From Macrostomum lignano (lineage: Eukaryota), in assembly GCA_002269645.1 (NCBI GenBank), contig NIVC01002056.1, positions 1-64,000 of the forward strand: a stretch of DNA of 64,000 nucleotides, read 5' to 3'. The position numbers and the translations under genes are program-made. The notes under the pieces are model-generated. The model was given only the letters and a program-made list of their open reading frames with translations. It ran no database searches and was not told the origin of the DNA. Position 1 is the stretch's first letter, and every line of letters starts with the position of its first letter. This document shows, one piece after another, positions 11,721 to 20,389 of the stretch.

Positions 11721-14700
11721 TCAATCAATATTAATAGGCGATTCTGGCACGCCGGATCCACTCGGCTCTGGCGAGCTTCCAGTTGACTGGCTGGCATCGA
11801 GATCCACTGGCGCTAATCGACGTCTGCCGAAACTTTTAAAATTGAAGCTTCGGGCCTGCGGTTTCGACTGCTTCTGCTGCTGTTGGTGCTGCTGCGGACC
11901 GGACCCACAAGCAAACATTTCTGACTGAGCCAAACTGAACAGCTCCGATCGGCCGGCCGCAGCTGCACTAAGCAGGCCAGGCAGAGGCGTCGAGTGGCCA
12001 ACGGACGAGGAAGCGGCCGACGTCCAAAAGCAGGGAGTCGATGGCGGCGGCGGTGGATCGACTGACTTCTTTAAACCCGGCAACGGCAGGTATGGACTAC
12101 GAATCAAGTTTTCTTTTAGCGCCAAAGGTAACACGGATGTTGGTTGGTTGCTAGGTCGGTTGCTTTCGCTGCTGAATACGGCGGAAGCGTCGACGACGAA
12201 CGAATTATTGTTGTCGATGCTGGAGACTTCGGAGAGCTTAAATAGCGGCTGCTGCTGCGGTGGTGGTTTTGCAGTTTCTGTGCCAGCCGAGGCATTGGAT
12301 AAAGAGAGCGAACTCAAGGACAACATCTGGCTAAACCGTGGAGCCTGCTGCTGTTCTTGTAGCTTACTTTTGTTGTTGACACCTTCGTCACCACATTGCT
12401 CTGTGAGATGTTCCTCGGCTGCAACTGGAGTTGGCGCCTGCGATGTGGCTCCTGGGGATTCAAGTTGATCGTTAAAGAAGTGCGGCTCAATATCGCCGGA
12501 GGGAACTTCTGCCATAGTTGACTGCGTGGACGATTTAGCTGCATCAGTCTGCGAGGTTGAAGACTCATTAACCGTTGCATCAGTCGACTTCTCAACTAGT
12601 TCATCTGGTGAAGTATCTCTTGAATAACTTGATCTCGGTACTGAAGCCTCACCAGTGTTCTTGCCTGATGGTTCAGCGTTTGAGTGTTTTGCGCGTAACG
12701 ACACTGAAGCCTCAGAGGCAGTTTGACCCGATGACTCAACGATTGAGTGATTTGATGTTGGTACCGAGTTTTCAGCTGTATTTTGGTCCGATGACTTAAC
12801 AGTTGGTTTATATGATGTCGGAATAGAGTTCTGGGATGTAGTATGGCTTGATGGCTCAGCAGTAGGCTGGTGTGATGACTCAACGGTTGAGCGTACCGAT
12901 GTCGGTACTGAAACTTTGGAAGAAGCATGGCTTGATGATTCAGCAGCAGACTGGTGTGATGACTCAACGGTTGAGCGTACCGATGTCGGTACTGAAACTT
13001 TTGAAGAAGCATGGCCTGACGACTCAACGGCTAAGCAGTCCGGTATCGTTACCTTGGCAGAAGTCTGGTTTGACGACTCAACGGTTGAGCACTCTGATGT
13101 CGGTACCGAAGCCTTGGCAGAATTTGGACGAGAAGAATCGACAACAGTCAATTCTTCTGTTGATTTTTTCAGCTCCGTGAACTGAATGGTTGACTTGGAG
13201 TTTGATTGTGCAGCAGAAGTTTCATTATGCGTCAGAGCATGGGAGCTGCTCAAAGTGGCCGATGAGGCGGTAAACTTTGACGCAGACAAATCAATCGCAC
13301 CCAGTTGCCGACACACTCGACTTCTATTGAATATGGGTGACTGCGGTACAGCATTGAAATCTGTGCTACCTGCTGCATTGTGCGTTGACGAGACTGCCGA
13401 CTGCCTGCACACGGTGGACTTTGAGTCACAAGTCTGTTCTGCTGCATATCTCACATACTCAACAGCTGGGGGAGGCATATCAGGTGCAGTTAATGGGTTT
13501 GCGTTGCTGCACAAAGCTTGGCTGCTCTTGTTAGCAGTGCAATTGGTACTAGCATTTTTCTTGACTTGCACCTCGGCTTCAGAAAATTCCTTCACTGTAT
13601 TAACAGGCGGCAAGACTCCCGTTGAATCTAGACCATTAGCAACTGCGAGTGTTAAAGTGCTGTAAGAATCCTCAAGAATTGGCGATGTAATATGCTCCTC
13701 ATCCAGCTTCACTTTAGTATTTCGACCATGACAGCTCGATGCAGCGGATGTCTGCGACAGACTTCTCTTCCGACTAGTAGGCGCAACAGATAGCGTAGCG
13801 CTTTGTGACTCGCACGTGAACTCCTCATTTGGACTTCGAATCAAGTCAGTTGAGCCTCCTGTCTGAGAAAAACGAGCTGCATTTTTATCAGAATTCTGAG
13901 ACAGTATCAGCTTTTCCAGAGTCTCATAGACAGAAGTAGTCGCGGGAGACTCAAATGACGGCTCTTTCAGAATCTTCTTGTCCAGAGTCTCGTAGACGGA
14001 GGCGTTCGCGGGAGACTTGAATGAAGAAGCTTTCTGAGTCTTCTTGTCCAGAGACTCGTAGGCAGAAGCATTCGCGGGAGACTCAAACGACGGCTCTTTC
14101 AGAATCTTCTTGTCCTGAGACTCGTAGGCAGAAGCATTCGCGGGAGACTCGAATGACGGCTCTTTCAGAATCTTCTTGTCCAGAGACTCGTAGGCAGAAG
14201 CGTTCGCAGGAGACACAAATGACGGCTCTTTCAGAATCTTCTTGTCCAGAGACTCGTAGGCAGAAGCATTCGCGGGAGACTCGAATGACGGCTCTTTCAG
14301 AATCTTCTTGTCCAGAGACTCGTAGGCAGAAGCATTCGCGGGAGACTCAAACGACGGCTCTTTCAGAATCTTCTTGTCCTGAGACTCGTAGGCAGAAGCA
14401 TTCGCGGGAGACTCGAATGACGGCTCTTTCAGAATCTTCTTGTCCAGAGACTCGTAGGCAGAAGCGTTCGCAGGAGACACAAATGACGGCTCTTTCAGAA
14501 TCTTCTTGTCCAGAGACTCGTAGGCAGAAGCATTCGCGGGAGACTCGAATGAAGAAGCTTTCTGAGTCTTCTTGTCCAGAGTCTCGTAGACGGAGGCGTT
14601 CGTGGGAGACCCAAATGAAGAAGCTTTCTGAGTCTTCTTGTCCAGAGACTCGTAGACAGAAGCATTCGCGGGAGACTCAAATGAAGAAGCTTTCTGAGTC

Positions 14701-15577
14701 TTCTTGTCCAGAGACTCGTAGACAGAAGCATTCGCGGGAGACTCAAATGAAGAAGCTTTCTGAGTCTTCTTGTCCAGAGACTCGTAGACGGAGGCACTTG
14801 CAGTAGACTTTAGCAGAGACTCTTTGTAAACTTTTCTGTCCAGAGACTCGTAGGCAGAAGCGTTCCCAGCAGACTCTGACGAAGACTCTTTCTGCATTTT
14901 GGCATTCAGAAGGCTATCAAGCCTCGTGGCCGGCGATCTAGCAAACATTGGAGTATCCGATCTTGAGAAGGCTGAAGAAGGCCTATCCGGTAGGCACTTG
15001 TCGATAGCTGGGAAAGCTTCATCAAGCGATTCGTTGGGAGCAGCGGTGGTGTCGGAGCTCGGTCCAGCAGCTGCCGGAGCTGCGCCACCCGGTGCCAAGG
15101 ACTGCCAATAGGACGGAGCCTCGCTACGCAACCGATTCATCGTTGACATAATGGATTGGTATTTGCTGCTCAGAGTGTTCAGCTGGGCGGCGTAGGAGCT
15201 GCTTGGCACTGACTTCGGTGGCAATGGCTGGACGCGCGGCGACAGGGGTACAGGAGACGGCGGCGGAAATGGTGGCGACTGAGGCAGACGCGGTGGTCTT
15301 GAAGATTCATCAGTGATGAAGTTCTTGGCTACGGTGAACTTGACATTCGAGGAAGTGGTTACAGATGATGTTGATTTAGCTGCTGTTGTTATTGCTTTTG
15401 TTTCTGCTGTTGCTGCTGTTGTTTCTGTTGTTGTTATTGTTGTTATTGTTGTTATTGTTGTTGCTGTTGTTGTTGTTTCTGCTGCGGCTGCTGATTGACT
15501 GCCAGTGTTCACAAGCTTGGCCAGATCCGGGAGGCGGCTGTGGATGTAGCGGGACTCCGATTCCTTTAGGCTGAGAG
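11721..15577 (-). CDS. Giant terminal exon (3857 nt, ~1285 codons): Ser/Thr/Pro-rich disordered region with poly-Thr, PxxP stretches and 22-aa repeats
   Basis: Uninterrupted ORF (track 11721-15512) extends 5' to a polypyrimidine TTTTCCAG acceptor before 15577, phase 1, matching the GTAAGA donor after 15834; TGA at 11721-11723. Confidence 0.9.
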
Positions 15578-18500
15578 CTGGAAAACAAGGAATAAAAGTA
15601 GGAACTGCGTGGGCTTATTGTGTAAAAACTCTTAGTAATCATTATTATTAAATTCTGTGGGCTTCAAGACATCAGAGATATACTATGTAGATGTTAGATT
15701 GATATCAGATACATGTACACGCTAGATAGATATCAATGATATTAGACAAATGTTGGATAGACATGAAATATAAAATTTATAGATACTAATTGGACACAAA
15801 GTACGCTCCCATTAGATGTAAAAACAGTCTTACTAGCAAGCAGTTTGGCACCGTGAGCCGTCGCTTCAGCTCGGGTGCTGTCGTTCAACAGTAGCACCTG
15901 AAGTTGCAGGAGTCCAACGAATGCGAGCTTGCCTCGAGTCAGTTGCAGCTTCTCTGTTGCCATAGTAACACTCAGACCGATTAGTTCGGGCATTCGAAGC
16001 AATTCCCCGTCCGAGTTGATGATTTTGCTACAAATGAGAAATAATGAATTGCTGACATGAAGTTCATAAAAGTTTTAATCTACACTGAGGTGGTACGAGT
16101 CAATTTGCCCCAGTCTCACTTGATGCAGTAGGCCTGAAACTCAATTGCTGCTTTGGCAATTGGCCAACAGAAATCTTTGCAAGCGGCTAGTCGAGTCAGC
16201 TGTTCCAGGGCGCCGGTGAACTGACCGAGGCCCTTGATGTAGGACACGATTGAAAAGCGAAAACTGAGGTACCTGCCGATGGCGGAGTCCTGCAGCTGCG
16301 GGTTGTTGAGGAGATCAAAACTTGACAAAGAACTTTTGTCGAGGTTCCGAAATCACGAAATCAAATATCCTTCCCAGTTCTAAATCCCAACGCCGATTAG
16401 AAATCTCGATTTGAAATCCCAGAAATCAGCTTTATAGATTTTGAGGATGGATTAACTCATTGTAGATAAACCTTAGCTATTCACGATGGAAATACATGTA
16501 AAATATAGAAATAAAGTTTTTACAAACAAAAAAGGTTCCAAAATCGATTATGACTTATCAAGGTCAACGAAAATATAATATAATAACTAATAAGGATGAT
16601 AAAATATTTGATTACACCTGTCCTAATGGGCAGATGTGCAACCGACAGCTCAGCCGCAGCTATTGCGCGGCGCATCTGAAGGCTGCGTACGGCTGTTCAG
16701 TCCAAGGACTGGGGGTCGCCACACACACCCTCAATTACCCCAGCTAATGCTGGCACCCATTTTACAGCTGGGTGAACTGAAGCAATGCAGAGTTAAGTGT
16801 CTTGCTCAAGGACAATAATTGTTCCGAATGGGTCCAGAATCGAACCCCCGACCTTTCAGTCGCGAGTCCAAGGGGATATCGTCCTACAACCAGCACTGAG
16901 ACAATTCTGCCCATTCCGCTACTCCTGAGCCAATAATGTACGGGCACGCACTCACAGGGTGTAAAGTGGCCCTGACTTTCTAAATGTCAGACATGAATGT
17001 GGCCACAAACCACGGTAACTATATATTATCTCCCATACACCCGCTGTCATTGCATCCCGCTCTCACCTCATTAGCCATCCCGGCAACAGTGACTCCAGTA
17101 GCAATGGATTCTTTGCTGCCCTCCTGAAGCAGAGTCTCAGCGTATAGGCGCAACAGGATCGCCTGAAAGAATCGGTTCAATGGTTATTGAAAAATGCTTT
17201 CATTTTAAAATACTCAGTCTCTTTCATAGAGAGAGAGAGTGAGAGAGAGAGAGACAGTACCTTATCGAAGCTGGCCATGCGCACTGAGGAGCTTTTTGCC
17301 AGATTAAATGCAACGCTGAGCCAGTGAATGGCGTCAGAAAATTTTCCATCTTGGAAGCGTTGCAGCCCGAAGCGGTAGAGCAGGCTGATAAATCGGAGCG
17401 ACTGGTTTATTGGCAGGTTGGAGTAGATTTATAATAACGTAGGTTGGATTGTTAGATTGGTAGTTGGACACGTCGGTAGATAGTTAAGTAGTTTTATATT
17501 TAGGTATGTCGACAGTTTAACAAATTGGTTGCTGGGTAGTTTGGTAGTTGGGTAGGTTTGTTTTTGGGTAGGTTGGGTGCTAGGTAGGTTGGGTGCTAGA
17601 TGGGTTGGTTGTTGGGTAGGTTGGGTGCTAGGTAGGTTGGGTGCTAGGTAGGTTGGGTGCTAGATGGGTTGGTTGTTGGGTAGGCTGGGTGCTAGGTAGG
17701 TTGGGTGCTAGGTAGGTTGGGTGCTAGATGGGTTGGTTGTTGGGTAGGCTGGGTGCTAGGTAGGTTGGGTGCTGGGTATCTTTGGGTAGGTTGGGTGTTG
17801 GTTAGGTTGGTTGTTGGGTATTGTTGAGTAGGTTGGGTGTTGGTTAGGTTGGTTGTTGGGTAGTTTATATTGGGTTATGTTAGGCTGGTTGTTGGCAGCA
17901 TTGATAGATCTATGTTGGCAACTGTGTTGGGTAGATAAGCACTGCGTCAAGCGGTAGTCAGCCATTAACTTACGTGCATATTGAGTTTAGCATCGCTAAC
18001 TAAATCTAGCAGAAGATTCTCATAGTCCAATACCTTGTGATCTTTGTTCCTGCCGTCCATCTGGAAAGCATTAGTTTGAAACCATAACTGTAATACTACG
18101 TCTATTAGAGTGCAATAGCGGTTAGGCTGTATGCTCGCGCACTTACAAACCAGATCTCTAACTGCATTTTAATCATAGTCAATGCTACTGAATTTGAAAA
18201 ATGTCTCAAATCGACGTTTCCGCCGCTAAAGTACACCTTGGCCTCGTTGTAATAGGCCTTGGTGAAGCCCAGCACTCGCTGACAGTCGGCCGTACTGTTG
18301 TGGATAAGGAACAGGCTGCAAGTTTCCATGGCACACTGGAAGTTGGTACGTTTTTAAAAAGTAAAACTGATAAACAGGCGCGATTCTTGTCAATTGTAGA
18401 GACTAGTCTCTAATAAATAAAAGCATCATACCACGCAAAAGAACTTCATATCGCGGATGCGCTCGCTAAACGATGGTTCAACAGACAGAAACAGTTCGAG

Positions 18501-20389
18501 CAAAAGGGCTTTGACTGTAAAAAAAAGAGTTGGTGAAAGTCGAAAGTGCAATCGATATTACGAGTACAAATGTGAGCTTATGATCGAGTTGGTTGAGGAT
18601 TTAATGGCTGCTTAAATGGCGGAGGCGGATTGAATGGCGGATAGAGGGGGCGGATTGAATGGTGAATAGAGGGGGCGGATCGAATGGTGGATAGAGGGGG
18701 CGGATTGAATGGCGGATAGAGGGGGCGGATTGAATGGCGGATAGAGGGGGCCGATTGAATGGCGGATAGAGGGGGCCGATTGAATGGCGGATAGAGGGAG
18801 CCGATTGAATGGCGGATAGAGGGGGGCGATTGAATGGCGGATAGAGGGGGCCGATTGAATGGCGGATAGAGGGAGGCGATTGAATGGCGGATAGAGGGGG
18901 CCGATTGAATGGCGGATAGAGGGGGCCGATTGAATGTCGGGTGGAGGGGGCGGGTTGGATGGCGCATATAGAAGGTGGATTGAATTGAGGAAACAAATAA
19001 ATAGAAGGTGCAAGAATTCAAAGGCAGCATACATGCATCACCAACCTTCAAAGAATGGCTTTCCCACACGCAGTCGTTTTCCGGAAGAGGTGGCAACAGA
19101 GTTCCACAAATTGCAGCATTGCTCCAGAATCTGCAAACGTTTTAGTTCGGTTCCGGTTGTTTTGGGAAATCCTACATCAAATGATTAAAGCCTACGTAAA
19201 GCACAAATTGCGTACCTGAAAACGATGTTCGCTCAGGTGCAAACCGGCCAATAATTGCCTCGAAATCAATCTTCGACAGCTGGTTATACTGTCAAAAAGA
19301 TTTTGACGCCTGCAGAACGCTGCCTTGACGTCTTTGAGATGGTCTATTAAGGATTGAGGAGAAATAAGTTAACAGAACAGCATAGCCTTTTGAAATTAAG
19401 GAGTCTGGAGGATGCATCCTTGAAATACGACCTAATCAGTTGTCAACATCTTAATACACGACACTAGCTACCAGTGGTTGACACTCTTCTGGCAGTGTCA
19501 ACAACTTACAAGCAACACTAGCAGTGGCTCGTCACTCTCTCCTGATACAATGTCAAACAACTTACTAAGCAACACTACCAATGGCTCGTCACTCTCTCCT
19601 GACACAATGTCAAACAACTTACTAAGCAACACTATCAGTGGCTCGTCACTCTCTCCTGATACAATGTCAAACAACTTACTAAGCAACACTACCAATGGCT
19701 CGTCACTCTCTCCTGACACAATGTCAAACAACTTACTAAGCAACACTATCAGTGGCTCGTCACTCTCTCCTGATACAATGTCAAACAACTTACTAAGCAA
19801 CACTATCAGTGGCTCGTCACTCTCTCCTGACACAATGTCAAACAACTTACTAAGCAACACTACCAATGGCTCGTCACTCTCTCCTGGCACAATGTCAAAC
19901 AACTTACTAAGCAACACTAGCAGTGGCTCGTCACTCTCTCCTGGCACAATGTCGCTCACAGACGGCGCCATATATGATTCTGTGCATTGATAATCACAGT
20001 CAGAAGTTGCGACAGCAGTCGAGTCAATGTTGCCGGCACCTGTGTCAATATCGCTGTCGCTTTCATCGCTGTCCCTGTTGTGGCTGGATGCCTGCGGCAC
20101 CATTGGACTCCATTGAGTTTGATAGGCATCTTTAGAACTTCCGTTAGTTGAAATGAATCGCTTCTTTCTTGGCACGTTTACGTTTGCCTCAGATTCTTAA
20201 GATAAAAGGTAAGGGATGATTAATTATTTTTTTACTAAATGAGCACTTTATTTTTATCGGTTTAGAGGGTGTTTCAAATTTAATATAATATATACATACC
20301 ATCATCTAGACTTGATGACGTCAAGGATGATGGATTGGGACTTCCTGCACGCCTCATCGACACAACTCGGTCCATAGAGAATTGCTGTC
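11721..20389 (-). CDS. TEX11: TEX11/ZIP4/Spo22-like TPR protein with a long disordered C-terminal extension (multi-exon gene model)
   Basis: Exons 20300-20389, (19566 to 19908)-20195, 19216-19343, ~19046-19130, 18147-18335, 17974-18060, 17261-17401, 17067-17162, 16120-16295, 15834-16027, 11721-15577; all junctions phase-compatible except 19130-exon/18335. Ordered motifs Q-ILEQCCNLWNSVAT, DHKVLDYE, LYRFGLQRFQDGKFSDAIHWLSVAFNLAK and AILLRLYAETLL...MANE resemble, from memory, human TEX11 [53 protein letters not shown] and AKVLRLLATNYL...LANKE; no database search was run. Confidence 0.65.
13918..14870 (-). repeat. Coding 66-bp tandem repeat, 15 units of ~SAYESLDKKILKEPSFESPANA
   Basis: 66-bp period (GACTCG at 14053 and 14119); translation in the ORF track. 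Confidence 0.95.
15370..15480. repeat. (GTT/GCT)n trinucleotide tract encoding poly-Thr/Ala on the minus strand
   Basis: TTG/CTG triplet run within the giant exon. Confidence 0.85.
15834..16027 (-). CDS. TEX11-like internal exon (KIINSDGELLRMPELIG...HGAKLLA)
   Basis: TAG acceptor (phase 2), GTAAGA donor (phase 1), open frame. Confidence 0.75.
16120..16295 (-). CDS. TEX11-like internal exon (LQDSAIGRYLSFRFSIVSYIKG...FQAYCI)
   Basis: CAG acceptor (phase 0), GTGAGA donor (phase 2), open frame. Confidence 0.72.
16620..16900 (-). mobile_element. tRNA-derived CORE-SINE-like element in an intron
   Basis: Minus strand has Pol III B-box GGTTCGATTC (16837-16846) followed by TGTCCTTGAGCAAGACACTTAACTCTGCATTGCTTCAGTTCACCCAGCTGTAAAATGGG (16756-16815), closely resembling the MIR/CORE consensus GTGACCTTGGGCAAGTCACTTAACCTCTCTGTGCCTCAGTTTCCTCATCTGTAAAATGGG; A-box degenerate, element ends uncertain. 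Confidence 0.75.
17067..17162 (-). CDS. TEX11-like exon (AILLRLYAETLLQEGSKESIATGVTVAGMANE)
   Basis: TTTCAG acceptor, GTGAGA donor, 96 nt, phase 0-0. Confidence 0.82.
17261..17401 (-). CDS. TEX11-like TPR exon (SLRFISLLYRFGLQRFQDGKFSDAIHWLSVAFNLAKSSSVRMASFDK)
   Basis: CAG acceptor, GTACTG donor, 141 nt, phase 0-0; TPR-like helix pattern. Confidence 0.82.
17530..17900. repeat. ~16-20-bp GT-rich minisatellite (GGGTGCTAGGTAGGTT-like)
   Basis: Degenerate tandem periodicity in a TEX11-like intron. Confidence 0.8.
17974..18060 (-). CDS. TEX11-like exon (MDGRNKDHKVLDYENLLLDLVSDAKLNMH)
   Basis: TTTCCAG acceptor, GTAAGT donor, 87 nt, phase 0-0. Confidence 0.78.
18147..18335 (-). CDS. TEX11-like exon (CAMETCSLFLIHNSTADCQRVLG...QLEIWF)
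   Basis: TTCCAG acceptor, GTAAGT donor, 189 nt, phase 0-0. Confidence 0.75.
18615..18940. repeat. 25-bp minisatellite (GATTGAATGGCGGATAGAGGGGGCG)n, ~13 copies
   Basis: 25-bp period (TGAAT at 18631, 18656). Confidence 0.95.
19046..19130 (-). CDS. TEX11-like exon (ILEQCCNLWNSVATSSGKRLR...), 3' boundary uncertain
   Basis: TTTGCAG acceptor, phase 0; NLWN motif; the best donor (GTTGGT after 19046) is phase 1 whereas the next exon needs phase 0. Confidence 0.6.
19216..19343 (-). CDS. TEX11-like exon (HLKDVKAAFCRRQNLFDSITSC...SEHRFQ)
   Basis: TAG acceptor (phase 1), CAG|GTACGC donor (phase 0), only one open frame. Confidence 0.65.
19500..19955 (-). repeat. 57-bp minisatellite, 8 units, each carrying a GTAAGT 5' splice site; open in frame (SKLFDIVSGESDEPLxVLL)
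   Basis: ACTTAC on + strand at 19504, 19560, 19617, 19674, 19731, 19788, 19845, 19902. Confidence 0.95.
19908..20195 (-). CDS. TEX11-like N-terminal exon (acidic/Ser-rich, basic motif PRKKR); 3' end at one of seven in-phase donors between 19908 and 19566
   Basis: TTAAG acceptor (phase 1), open frame, phase-1 donors in the repeat. Confidence 0.6.
20300..20389 (-). CDS. Probable upstream exon of the TEX11-like gene, contains candidate ATG at 20375 (MDRVVSMRRAGSPNPSSLTSSSLDD)
   Basis: TTGCAG acceptor, GTATGT donor, phase 1 matching the acceptor at 20195. Confidence 0.55.

Noticed and set aside
16830-16900. Possible tRNA gene on the minus strand
   Set aside because: B-box present but the A-box is degenerate, no convincing cloverleaf, and it runs straight into a CORE domain; interpreted as a SINE head
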